From positions 1,053,197 through 1,117,196 of the forward strand of contig OZ287694.1 in the NCBI GenBank assembly GCA_965649825.1: a DNA stretch of 64,000 nt. Reading direction: 5' to 3'. Each line of letters opens with the position of its first letter. The first letter of the stretch is position 1. Both the position numbers and the translations under genes were made by a program. Positions 11,902-25,300 of this stretch are shown piece by piece. The notes beneath the pieces were generated by a model. That model had not been told where the DNA came from, searched no databases, and saw only the letters and a program-made list of their open reading frames with translations. The DNA is from Penicillus capitatus (Eukaryota; Plantae; Chlorophyta).

Positions 11902-12049
11902 TTTCCTGTCAATAACAATAGCAGAGAGACAAATCTCCACGACACGACAGATGAGATGAGGCATCTCAGTAAGGCGCGTCACATCAGAAGCTAGCACGGA
12001 TCGTAACTCGACCCTGCGTTTTTACAAGACAGCCAAATATAACGCTTCG

Positions 12050-13172
12050 ATGGAGAAGAGTAGCGTTCGAGCACAGTCGCCTAATGGCTCTTTTTTGGAG
12101 AGTGAAAACAACGTAGCCATTGTTTCGCGCCGCTCGTCGCTGAGTCATCATTCCGCATCTGTGAGGAACTGGGAACTCGTGCGACAGGCGTTTTTGGACG
12201 ATAAACTTCCCGTGCCCATACTCATGGTCGAGAACGCGTTTATGGTGAACGAAACTTCGTCATCTTGGGGGCTGAACCGTGACGTCGGTGAGCTGTCGTA
12301 CAGTTGTGCTAAACGTTGAATGCACCGTTCGTTCGTTTGTGCATTAGATTCAAGTGTGTTGCCCATGGAATCCACGCGACGTGAAGTTCAAATGCAAGTA
12401 GCATCAGGACCGTCGCGAGGAGTACCGTCTTCTTCAACTGAGCGTCCGAACGTACTAACAAACACTGAGACGTCGCGAAGATGGGGCAGCTCAAAAGAAA
12501 TCGATGAGTTGAACCGCGATATCATAGAGTGTCTGAAAATCGAAGGAGTAACATCACCTGAAGTCTACTTTAATGAGTGGGTCACTCTGAGTCTTCAATC
12601 TCTCTGGATAGACGCTTCTCTTTGTGTCTAGGCCAATCGAGAATTTTCGAACGGTGGCTCATTACTATGTTCATTTGACTAAGAGATTGGACATCGTGGA
12701 TATTGATCTGTACGAGAGTTTGTCATCACATCTCGGCAGCGACCATCCATTGGTCAAAGACATGACCAAAATTCTGGAACAGGAACCGCAACGCACTTAT
12801 CTCTCAAGGGAACCGACGAACGTTCAGTCGGAAATGTTGGAGGAAGGATCGAGGGTGGGTGTTCCTGGAATGCAGGCATTCTCCGAGGAATGTCGAGCGT
12901 TGAGCTGGGTGATCCGAACTGGACCTCGCATTGGGAACCGTCGAGCGGAATCCTTTGCGGGGGATCAGGCAGCGTCACCCATCATCGTGAATTCGTCAAC
13001 GGACCAAGGGGGTCGAAAGCCAGAGCAGGGCCACATCGTGTGTCCAGGAGTACCTATGAATATGGATACTTATGAGGCACAACAACCACGAGCGAGACCG
13101 TCACCATACAGTCATCCGAAAAAAAGAACATTGTGGTCACGTCTGGGGAGCTGTTTTTGCTTTTCTGCCTAG
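12050..13172 (+). CDS. Hypothetical protein, 3 exons
   Basis: ORFs 12050-, 12320- and 12624-13172 join in phase through GT-AG introns (NRDV|DSSVLPMEST; YFNE|...PIENFRT). Confidence 0.55.
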
Positions 13173-15456
13173 TATAAGTGCGGACAAGACTGGAGTGTCG
13201 GGGGTTTGACAGGTTCACTACACACCCTTCCTTCATCACGTCTCCAATATACCTCGGGGGTCGATTGCATTGCATCATTGGCCTTACCTCAGAAAAGTTA
13301 TCGAGTTTTATATCAAGTTTGCGCGAAAGGGATGTGGATTCGAAATCATAAGACAGATCGCGATTGTGGTCTGTGTATGACGCATAATTTTGAACATCGA
13401 ATCCTGCCTGACTTGATGACACTGTATCGCATCGCGTTTCAAACTACCGTACAGAATGAGCTTTCTTCTAGGCTCCTGTATCTTTTAGTCTATCTGTTCC
13501 AATGTATATCTGTCTGGGTGATCTGGATGAGGGTGGCTACAGATTCTTCTAACAATTCGAGCCTTCGCTGCGCTAAAATGACGTTACGTTGCATGTTCTT
13601 TCATCTGCGAATGGTTTCCTCCAATAGGGTTTCTTAATAACTGTAAGCCCGATATCTCGTAGCCGAAAGCGCTGCCAATAATGTTTTCATTCAAACGCTA
13701 TCGCTTCAAACACGGTCCACGAACATTCCCGCATTCAATACTCACAGATTCTGATGGTCGTACGAACCTCGATGATCTACTTCATTATGGGCAGTCAACA
13801 ATCACACGTTCGTTGTGAGAGAAAGCTGTGCACGCCAGTGAAACGACAGGCGTAACACTGTGAGTGTTCCTGCAGGACGTCTGTAGTATTTGTTGCTGTC
13901 ACATCAATCATCTCGTTGTTTGTGCTCATCCTGATTGAACGCAGGTGAAGTGGGAGCAAGAAAGATGGTAGCGAAAGGCCCGAAACGACGTTTTAAAGAA
14001 CGCGTCTCGAAAACACCATCATGAAGCATCGCAATTTTTGTCATCGCACACGTCATCCAACACTACAAGCTTCCATCGTCGCCTTCGTACCATCCAGATA
14101 TATACGCACCTACAAACGTCGTTTCAGACATTCTGTTGGTGTTTACTCTGTTTCGAGGTAGAACTGGTAAACTGGTATGTGCTGAACGGACAATGGATGA
14201 GCGTTAGCCTTTAAAGTCGCATTGGTTGGATGTCCATCTGGTCGAACCAACAACACCGTGCTGCACCAAGCACAAGAATTGCGATTTCAAGGTTGACACA
14301 TCTCAACTACTGATATCATCTTCTCGGAAAATTTCGGCAGAGGCGAAAAGGGCAACGATGTCATTCCATTCTTTACAACGTCATGTGTCAAGAAGCTCTG
14401 TCCGAAGTTCTTTCTACCGATCGGTACTCGATGGCGTTTTTCTTTCCAGAACAAAAGACATGACTCCGTGCGATCTGTCTTGCGTTGGCCCTGGTAATCT
14501 CCATTCTCTGTTTGCCTGCTGGACGATTTTTATCTGATATCAAAGTGTGCACCTCGGCGCTCTCTTCACGACGCACAGTTTGATGTGTTAGCTACACGGT
14601 ACAGGTTTGATGCAGTCGTTGTGCGTCTGTTTGATCTTCTTTGTATAAGGGCCGGGTTTCTCACTGTTCGATGGTTTCGAAGGATTGAGGATTCCGGAAT
14701 GATGGGGAGTCTCCATTCACGTGCCAAACCGAGTAAGACAAGGCGAGAACAAACCCTTAGCTCGAATCCATTCTCAAAAGCAAACGCGATACGAATCGTT
14801 TATGGAAGATACTGCTATCAGGGTCCATGGGAGTTGACTACCGAAACAGATGTTGCCCTTTCGATGTTCTGCCATTCGAAGAAGCTGCTTTCTATCTACA
14901 CAGTAAAGACACGGATGAAAAATTCTGAAACCATTCGTTTCGCGAAGTCTTTCTCAACGGAGGCGACTCTGCATGAAGGCCTGCTGTAATGGAACCACCC
15001 CAATACGTTAGTCATGGTGTCAAACATCCGCAACGGACGGACATGTTGAAGAAGGTCGAATCTTCGTTCATCGTCGACGTCAGATCTTATCGACAAAACT
15101 ATATGAACGTCGATGGCCATTCATTATCCTTGCAGATAGTGGTCGGGTGCGACAGCATGTTCTTCTGAGCGTTGATTCTATTGAGGATGGTCAGTGAAGC
15201 ACACCGTCCGCTAAATCCCACGCGGCTTGCCTCCGATGCCGCAGAGAGTCACCAATCGCTGACGCCTCAGCGGTCCAGAGTCGTAGCGGTTGTATATAGG
15301 CTCGTCCGACGTGGCCTGTCGCCATCACGGATGCCATTAATCTTCCTATTCGGTCGAATCTAGGTTTCATCGTTCACGAATTCTCAGCTGCGCATCGCTC
15401 AGCACTTTAACCTTACTCACGCTCGCGCCTCTCTTTTTCGTTCATCGAGGTCCACG

Positions 15457-16920
15457 ATGCAAGCGCGTGTTGAGGCAAGGCCACAATGGCTTGCTGACTT
15501 TGGTTTGGCTCGAAGAGTAGTGAAGGCAAGGGCGTCTCGACCTTTGCCTCTCACGCGATATGTGTGTCATTGTTCAAAGCCTCTCTCCGTTACGGGGCGT
15601 CGTCCATCCCGAGGACTCAAGCTGAGCCACGCTGCCTTTCGATTGAGGGCCAACCCTATCGTCGCGTCGGTCAGCGACGTGGTCGTACCCGTCTCGGACA
15701 GAAACGGCGAGACAGGGGAATTGCGGGACTTGGGTTGGGCGCGCTCCTTTTCAGAGAGGTTTGAACTCAAAGAGGAGGTCCTCGGTGAAGGAAGCTTTGG
15801 CGTCGTCAAACCCGCTGTTCTCAAGGAAACAGGGAAAACATATGCTGTTAAACTACTACCCAAACATGTTCCTGGAGAATGGGAGCGCTATTCGGCGCTG
15901 CTGCAAAGGGAGGTCACCCATTGGAAACAGCTGCAAGATTGTCAACAAGTTGTTCATTTGGAAGGCGTCTATGAAGTGAAGACTCCACTCCAACGCCTTT
16001 CTTCCTTGCTAACAACCAGATGTCTTCTGTCGTAGGATGATGATTATCTATACATAGTCCAAGAATTCTGCAAGGGTGGAGATGTGCAGCATTTTATGAA
16101 AGTAAGGAATGTCGTTTAAGAAGAAGGTTTGGAGATGGACTGGTGTTGTTGTTGTTATTAGGAACACGGCCGCCTTTCCGAATCCGAAGCGGCTCAAATC
16201 ATCACACCGATTCTGAAAATGCTTTCTGCCTGTCACGAAAAGAACATCTGCTTTGGAGATGTCAAGCCTGCGAATTTTATGCTTAAGAAACGATTTCCCT
16301 GCATGAGACACATGGAAGATCCCTCAGCTCCGAAAGGAGACCTCATCGTCAAAGGCATCGATTTTGGTTGTAGTCAAAAGGTGATGTCGACCCGAAACTG
16401 CACCTGCGATTTCACTCTATGCTATTGACTGTAGATTACTGACGAAGAAAAGCTGAAGAAACGTACAGGAACTCCACTGTACATGGCTCCTGAGATTTTC
16501 TTCGGATGGTACAGTGTAGAGGTGGATATCTGGGCCGTGGGTATGATGCTGTATCAACTCATTGCTGGCAAACTTCCTTTCTTTGGCGAACACGCTGAAC
16601 AGCTGAAGAAAGGGCCGACATTCATGATTGTCCAAGCAGTGATGGAATCTGATCTGGACTTCTCTGGTGCTGAGTGGGACGGCATATCGACAGAACTGAA
16701 AGACCTCATTCGGGCGTTACTCGATGTGGACTACAACACACGACTGAAGGCTAAAGCGGCCTTACATCATCCATGGATCAAGAGATACTCCAGAGACAAT
16801 GTCATCGTTAAAGGACCCCTTGGAAACATCATCAAATTCCCCGGATCATCCGGAACACCTGCTCTTCGGGCGGGAGGCAATGGAGATTCAGAAGATGGCA
16901 GAGGTGGCCTGGAAAACTGA
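15457..16920 (+). CDS. CAMK/CDPK-like Ser/Thr kinase without EF hands, probable plastid transit peptide, 4 exons
   Basis: LGEGSFGVV, YAVK, FGDVKPANF (HRD variant), DFG, GTPLYMAPE, DIWAVG. GT-AG introns join the ORF segments in phase. Confidence 0.9.
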
Positions 16921-17007
16921 GAACCTGCTGTACACACAGGTGCAGACGGGAATCAATGACGAACATTTCGCATCTAGTTTGCAAACTGCTGTCTGTACAT
17001 TACTTCA

Positions 17008-18800
17008 TTAGGCCCTTTGAGCAGTTTTTCGAAGAGGTTTCTGAGTTGCTGCGGTTTGAAAGAGGGACCTGTGGGTTTGTTTCATTTGGTTTGAGGGTAG
17101 ATGCCGGAACAACCGGGCGACTTCTTTATGACCTAATCTGACGTACCTGGCCGACTGACGGACGGACTCACACACATCGATCATTAACATAACCGCATTC
17201 TGTGACCTCTTTTTTGAAGTAGCCGTCGTTGAAGTTGAGCACAGTTTTCCTGTCCAAGCGGTTCAGGGAGCTTTTTTTGCACAATTATCCATTCTCCTGT
17301 CTCTGAGCCTCATCCAAGCAGAACGCTGTCTCGAATAGAACAGACGTCTGTTGGCTTTGCCATTTCTTAAGTGCCTGGTTGTCGTATCGCATCTGAAATA
17401 ACTATCCGAGATCCGACTCCTGATGAAGTGTTGATCTATGACAAAGCTGTCCTAGCTCGTGATTGTACATTAAGCCTGCAACAAAAATGATTCTGGTCGG
17501 CAAGACTGAATCTCTTCCGGAGCCTTTTCGCCGTAACGAAAAACAAAGGCAAAGCAATCTGTAGACGCTCCAATCTGAAGGATGCTGACCTAATGCGCAG
17601 CTGTTGACATTATTGTGTCGAGTGTTTAAACCAGCGCGGCAAATCTCTAATCGATCGTCGTCGCGGAGAGATATCAGGCGAGTTCGCGTTGACGCGTCGT
17701 GGCTCTCCGTCAGAAACTCGCGATGCTGACACGACGTCGAAACCGAATCCATTTTGACAGAATTCTTCCGCTATAACAAAATGAGCAAGCTCATGCAAAA
17801 CGCCCTTCACTAGCACAAGACATGATTGATTATGACAGAGGCATTACGCCGAAGATATCAGCACTGCCCTCTGCTGAGCATTCCATGAATGATTCCCCTG
17901 ATGCCAAGTTCCCAGACTTCATGAGAGATGCGCTGACGATATCGCAGATGGGCGGATGTTCCCGCTTCACCGTCACAGGTTGTTCCTGAAACGAAGACTA
18001 TCAAAGAATCTCAAGAGTGAAGAAAGAGTGACTGCGATGTGAATGCATTTTAGCTCGGCGAGGTTTGGACATTGCAGCTTGAGATGACGAATTCGATCAG
18101 AACCTGAACTCAGCTGTTAGGAATCAGACAGAGGCTTACTGTGTCTCCCGCCTGTAAAATCGATCCTCTCAATTTCAGCACTCCATATAACTGCACTCTC
18201 AAGCGATTCACAGTGCAAAGTGCCAAGGCATTCGAGACTGGGGCACTGGAGGATGGCCTAATGGCAAAGAGAACAGGCTTATATAACCAGTGAAGGATGT
18301 GGGTTCAATCTCGCTTTCTTCAGGGTTTTGCAGTTTGAGATATCCAGATCCGTCAAACTTCTTGACTGAATAAAAAGATATTCGAGGTTTTCGCATTCAC
18401 TGACGTCGATGCGTTTCAGTCCTGGACACGAACCCATAGGAGACATGACGAATCTCTTAAGACAGCGCGATCCTCTTATCTACACGTTGTCTCGAGGCAG
18501 ATCATCTTTTTAAAAGCAATGAAAGCGTTGTCCACCTCGAGTTCGGCTAAAGCCTCGGGTGAGAGTTTGACAATCTCTTCGATAAAGGCGTCACGGAGAG
18601 TGGGCGTGTGTGTGATTGATATCTGAGGGATAGACAGCATGTCTCGTGAGGGCGGATGCGTCATTACGGCAGTACTTTGCGACATGCTGTTAAGACGCGT
18701 TCGCGCAGGGCACCCCAAGTCGGCCACTCGCGTGCATCTAGCGCAAAGAGGATACGCAACATTTCATTCGCCTTTCTGCACTCTTACCAGGTAGAGCCAT
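17008..18800 (-). CDS. Leucine-rich-repeat protein (FBXL/AMN1-type repeats), multi-exon; 3' end uncertain
   Basis: Exons assembled by eye: LKRIDVSECENLEYLFIQSRSLTDLDISNCKTLKK|AILQCPSLECLGTLHCESLESAVIWSAEIERIDFTG|SDRIRHLKLQCPNL (Cys-containing LRRs). ATG 18800 (MALP|DAREWPTW). Confidence 0.6.
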
Positions 18801-21800
18801 TACTGTGCGATCCCAGATACCACTCATGACCGTCTGCGATGCGACAATGATAAGATCGGGCGAGAGGTCAGAAGCAACACACGCGTTCCCATGAAGGATC
18901 GTAGTCCGGCTCAGTCGGTTCCGATGTTTTCTTTTTCGCTTTTCCTTTCGGCATTTCCCTCACTTCTCAATTCTGTCATCTACATGAGATGAGAGACATA
19001 TCATTATCGTACGCAAGGCTCTCTTAAAGCGTAAAAATCCGTCCCTGGCTTCTAATCGATTTGGGCTACAAAAAAGGAGAACATGGTAGATGAGATTTAA
19101 CCTTTTCGATTGTTCAATCCTAGAACGGGTTTCGATTACGCACGAATAGTGCTTTTCGATACAGGCCAAAAGGAAGGCGAGATCGAATCGTTCTGGCGAT
19201 GACTTCAGGCGAGCTTTCTCAAGGAGTTAGTGTTTTCTTCTTCAGCGTGAGTTCCTGTTGAGCGTAACGTGCGTCTTGCAAAGAGAATAAAACGTAGTAG
19301 TCTTTGCCATGTCGCATCGTACACTAAAACATTCGGCTCGGATGATGACAGTCTGAGTCTCTCCACCTGCTGTCGATTTCATCTAAATTGGGCCGTAATC
19401 TTTCGGTGAAGAGAAGCTCGCGTGTCGCTTTCTCGCATGAAGAATCGTCGTTGATAAGGAAACAGATGGTCGGGATTTCGTCATCGCAGGGACATCAATA
19501 TTTACCGATATCCTATCGCGAATGCTCAACGTAATCGTGATTCGCAAATAGACAGTCGAAGGAGCTTCGATGATTGCTCGTTGCCTTCGCGCTTAAGGTC
19601 TATTTACTGTCTGCCAAGGCGGACAAAAATGTCGACAAAGACACACATGGTAGTCGTGTCATACATTAGTGCCCACCGAAACCAGAAACAATTACGAACT
19701 GAAAATCAAATGATAGAGCGGTCCTTTTTAAGACTGGTGTCTGACGCGAGTTATTACCCATGAAAGCAACAATGAGTCCCGTGCACGGCGAGTCAACGAT
19801 TTGTGCGTAGTCGACAAGAATATGTAAATACCAGATGACAAGCGACGATCACGTTTTCTGACGCTGAAACATCGACGTTGATTCACTTCGAATTTCGATT
19901 GGATAGATAGTCGCCAATCGAGATCGAGAACGAAATCGACATCGATATCGAATCGATCGATGGGCGTGAATCGACATCGATATCGAATCGATATCACGCT
20001 TGTCACTATTGCTCAATTCTAGATGTCTCCGACTCTCTAATTCTTACGCAAGTCGATCGATCGATTCCTGACCGGTGTCTGTTTCGCTTGGACGAATAAC
20101 GCGACTGGTCGAACGATATGCAAATTATCGGAGACAGATTGGCCGATAAAATACTACTATCACGCTCCTGTCGAAACATTATTTAGTATCCAGCGTGATC
20201 GGGTGCGCGTTCCGGCCAAAGATCGAGCTCGATCGCGTCGACGAACGGCGATGTAGTCGATCTACACTTTAAACGGCCTGGTGTGCTGTTTATTCATGGT
20301 TTTATGTGACCGAAAAGCAAAGTTAATAATTTTTAGTTTCGACGTTTGTCGACTTTGTCTTTAGAGGCAATGCAGTCAGTCTTCGTGTATCACTTTCTGC
20401 TTTCCCTTTCACGTTACTGATAATCGCGGCTTGTCGACACACTTCAGTGTTTGTTTGGCATCTGTACGCTTATGCTTCCCGTATTCTGATTCTCTGGCTT
20501 TTATCATGCAAATACCCGTGCAGTTTGGATGCCTGATACAGCGTCAATAATATACTCTGTTGCGCGAATGTCTGTTCCTGTAATACTTATATCCGTTGCA
20601 GTCGAAGATGCGCTTGCTCTATGCAATTTCCTTTGCGAAAGATCTTGATCGATTCCCATAACTAATCACAACGCCATAGATTTTGATCCGAAGATACGTT
20701 TAGTTTTGTACCGAGTATCGTCCAAACGATCGACGTCAACTGAATCGTATATGGAGTTAGCGATATGATCGACGCTACGCGATCGGTCATACAGAACATC
20801 AGTTTTCGAGATTTTGTTGCTATGAGGTTCGATGACACGCATCACGTGCATCTAAGAAATCGATGCTTTGTTTTCGATTGTTCACTGATCAAAAGAAAAG
20901 GTTTCGTAGAAATCTCTTTCTGGTTAATCGCGTTTGTCGATCTCGCGGCTTCGTCCGAAAAAGGTAAACTATTACTGCACCAGAACTATAAACATCGATC
21001 GATATGTTGCAATCGAGCAGATTAAACCGATCACTGACAATTAGGTAGATCGAGCGCCACAGCGTTTCAGCCACTAATGTCGACGTTTCTTCATTGGTCC
21101 TTGGCTTTTCGAATCGACAGTACTGGCTGTGCTCTGCTGCTTTTTTCTATCGATCAATTAAGAAGCAGGAAGAATTAATGTGTGATCAATCTCTACTTGA
21201 CTGAGGCGACCGTTGCTCGAGTCATTGCCGAAGACGACGAGTTTCCACACTCAATTGTTATAAATGAAGCAACCGACGTCCGGTTTGCACATAGGTTGAC
21301 AAAGAGCATCTGTAAAGCCAACTAGACCCAACTATGCCGCCTCCTGGGTGCAGTTAAAAGAGAGTCGAAGTGTCTCAATGAGTGAACGTTGTTCACTGAC
21401 TCGGACGATTCTTTATCGCAGCGGATTTGCGATTCTCTTCTTACCTTCTTCAATATCTCTCCCATAGCAGCATTCGTGTCATGTTTACTTTGGGAAACGT
21501 CTTGACACCTATTTTCTCGATCATCAAACGTGATGTCATTTAAGATCTTCTTTTACTTCGTGGCTCCCTCCAAAGGTGTATCACGTACATGGCGAATTCG
21601 AATGCAGGCCACTTTCAAATGTCTCCCGCCTAAGAAATTTACGAAACAGAGTGTGGAGATCAAGTAGCACAAGCGTCTATGTGACAAGTACAGATTCAGG
21701 TATTGCCATCCCGGTAGTCGATCGATGATCATGAGGCAATTCCGCGGATGGCTGTTACTAAGCACTTGTACGCCGCTGTCCGGAAAACTACAATAGACAA

Positions 21801-22643
21801 GAGCTAAACTCAGCACGGACGTACTTTAGAAAGTGAAACGTTTCCCACTTTGCCTGATCGGCTGTTCTGTTTACACCACTTCGTTCACGAGGCGATTTAT
21901 TTCTCCGGATAAATTCATAGCCCGGAGACCGCACTATGATCGCCCATAGCGATCGAATTCCTCACGATATCGTTTAAGATGATCTTGTTAATTGTGAAAT
22001 GGCCATGTGACTATCTCAATTAGTAACACAGCATTTAAAGAGAACTCGAACAATGCATTCAATCTCTATGTGGCAACTAACTCTGTGTCTTTGCTTGTGA
22101 CAAGGATGTTTGAAGTTATGTGGCTGCCACGTGCAGCCAGAAAACATGTATGAATCAAGCAGGCTACTGTAGGAACGCTGTGTTCGATTGGACTCGTTGC
22201 AGAATATGTACTGTATAAAGTTCATAATGCGTCAAGGATCGACGAGAGTCCAGAGAGCAATTTTTCAGATCCGCGCATTCATATCATCTTTTTGCCGCAG
22301 TTGATCATTTCCGCGTTGCTGTCGATATCGATGTATTGTCGCATTAAACGGCGTTTCGCGCGAAAACTCCCACAAGATAAATATTCCAGATATTTCAAAA
22401 GTAAGACGTTCTAGCAAATGTGCTAGTATTATTACTTTAGGCAAGAAGCGAGAATTTACTAAAGAATGCAAAAGCTGCAAAAAATCCACTTGGTCCATCC
22501 TGCAAGCGATCGCAACAATATTACTGAATTACAATATGTCGAAAAACTCAGGGAAAACAAACAGTAAACCGGCCGACCTTTGTTGGCATCACTGCTGCTT
22601 TAATCATAGAGTGCTTTTTGGATACGGTTCGGGAAGTAAGGCG

Positions 22644-23829
22644 TTAGCTACCCAGAAGAGGTCTCTCCACATCGTTTTGTGCGTGCTGCGAAGCCCACCT
22701 CGAAACAATAACGGCGTCAATGAAGAGCTGGCTGATGTGGCCAACGATGCACGGGATCGTGATCAGGCCCAGGTCTCCGATCTCGTCTTCGTTGAGGTAC
22801 GAGATCACGGTGACCGAGACGGGGAGCGTCTTCTGGCTGCTCATGAGGAGGACGGCCTTCATCTCGCGCTCATCGAGTCGGAGGAGGCGAACGGCGACGT
22901 AGTTCATCGACAGAAAGACGAGGTGCATCGACACGCCGGCGACGACGACGCGGGCAACGTTGCCGGCCGACTGGTCCAGCAGGGTGTCCCTCGATGTGCT
23001 CAGGTTCTGCCAGACGATGCAGATGAGGTTGGCGTTGCTGATCAGACCCAGCGCCACCTTGTGCGCTTTCACGAACTCCTGTATTCTCTGGCTGCTCTCC
23101 CGGATGGCCTTGCCGACGATCAGCGGCACGAGGACCGTCAGCGCCATCTTCATCAGCAGGTTGGCGGCGTCGATCTCGACGCTGGTGCCCGATGCCACGA
23201 TCCACTGGACGAAGAAGGGGACGGTGAGGATGCCGATGAGGTTCGTGGCGACCGTCAGCATCAGCGCCAGCGTGCCGTTCCCGTACGCCTGCGTGACCAG
23301 CGTGACGCCGGACGTCAGCGTGGTCGGAACGATGGCGAAGATGGCCAGGCCGATCGAGAACTCTTCCGGTCCCAGCGGAATGTTGATGAGTCCGAAACCG
23401 AAACATGGCGTGACCAGGAGAATTGCGATCAGACCGTACACGAGTCCACGATGAGCTCTGAGTGTGGCTAAGATGTCTTCTGTCTTCAATGTAAGTCCAG
23501 AGATGACGAAGATCACGAAAACGCACGTAACATCCATCACTCCCTGTCCGCGAATCTAAACAGAAGCCCAATTATGGTACTTAGTTCTGAACAAAAGTTC
23601 GCAGCACAACTTTGACGGCCTTGCTCTTTTTACCGGGAAGCGGCCAGATGAGCGCCAAAACGAGTACGAGTAGAAAACCAAGCGGCAGAAAATTCTTGAC
23701 GACAAACTCTCTTAGTCGTCCACACATAGTGGACTTCGGTTTGTGGCGTGGGTTGCTTGTCGGTGCAGCATGCGTTATCTCTGGCTCTGCGAAGCATTGG
23801 TGTGAAGTCAATGACTGTTCTGTTTGCAT
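22644..23829 (-). CDS. Sodium/metabolite (bile acid:Na+ symporter-like, BASS4/SLC10A7-type) transporter, copy 1
   Basis: NFLPLGF, PTTLTSGVTL, NLIGILTVPF, SQKTLPV, IPCIVGHISQL; many TM segments. Confidence 0.9.
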
Positions 23830-25300
23830 GTTGACAGACGCCTGGCGACCAGCTGGCCTTGCCGTACGTAACAACCCTTAGGGTTTTTGCCCCTGACAAT
23901 CTTCAACAAGGCGACAGCGAATGCTGTACTTTTTTACGACCCTGTCGCATCATCGACAAACAAGTACTGCCGGTGACTGTCACAGTTCGGTTATCGGTAC
24001 TTCTTCGGTCGTGTCAGCGGCGCTCGCTGTTTTGATCGAATGGAACTCTTTTGTCATACGTCGACGTTTCTCCTGCTTTATTATATAACGCTATCAATCG
24101 GCACACGGCAGTTGATTACGCACCGAAGCCGGCTGTTAAATCGTAATCGCCGGAAGCTTTCGATGATTGCCGTTTTGTAGTCGTCCGCTGATGACCGACA
24201 CGAGCTCTGTGATTGACGACTGAAGAGACACGATTGTCTCGATGTCACACCATTAGTTGCTTTTTTGCGCTAACGTCTTCCTTAGATGATCGACAGATGC
24301 GAACTTCGAGGTGCAGTACAAACAACAATATCTTATTCAGAAATTTTGCTACGAACTTAATCGTCGATGTGCCGAATGCATCTGCAGTCGGCTGCTCACC
24401 GTAGGCAATGAATCGATAAGCTCTTTTGGTAGGTGTCTGAAGAAGTGCGTTTTGCCATAGCAAGAGTGAGTTATGCTTTCAGTTTGAATCATGAAAGGCA
24501 TTTTGCAGATCTCTGGTGTCTGTCCATCTTTACATAAAGAGCTTGTCACAGTAATACATCTCTCATCGAAAGCAATCGACTGTTTAGACTCTTGAAGCCT
24601 CCATCATTTCTCATTGAGTGCGGTCCTCGAGAATACTCTGTCGACTCAACAGCTCCTCCCTGTCGATTGAACGCGTCAAAAAGTTCGATCGAGCAGCATT
24701 CTATCTCCCATCTCACACACGCACTTGGCGTTCGAAATCGTAATTATTGTGGTGCGTCAGGCGAAGAAAACATCGAGTTTCTGATGATCAAACAAAAAGC
24801 GAGGTCGACATGCAGTGAAGCTGGACGGTAAATGTACTTTTCCGTTATTCTTACAGGGCTGGCATTCGAAAGGAGCAAGGTAGCAAAAAAGACGAGAGTT
24901 TATCGCAAATTTCTTCGAGATCGCGTAAGACATTCATTTCTGCATCGGTCCGTATGTAATAAGTAAACACATGATTATGAATTATTGTCTCGGACGCGAA
25001 AGTCGGCGAATCGCAGCGATGAGGACTACTCTGCTGCTGTGATGCATCGAAGGATACGCAATCAAGAACGTGATGATTAAAGTGAGGAAAACGCATATCT
25101 GTTTACACATATGTCAACCGAAGTCTAATAGTCAATCAACATCGACTTCATGGATAACGAAATGTATGAAACTCGGCGTTCCTCCAAGACAGGTCAAACA
25201 ATCAGCAACATAGACAGATGAAGTGAACGTCAAGAATAGGCAGAAAAAAAGTAAACAAATTGAGTCAACTCCGAATACTAGTCTAACCTTCAACTTGAAT

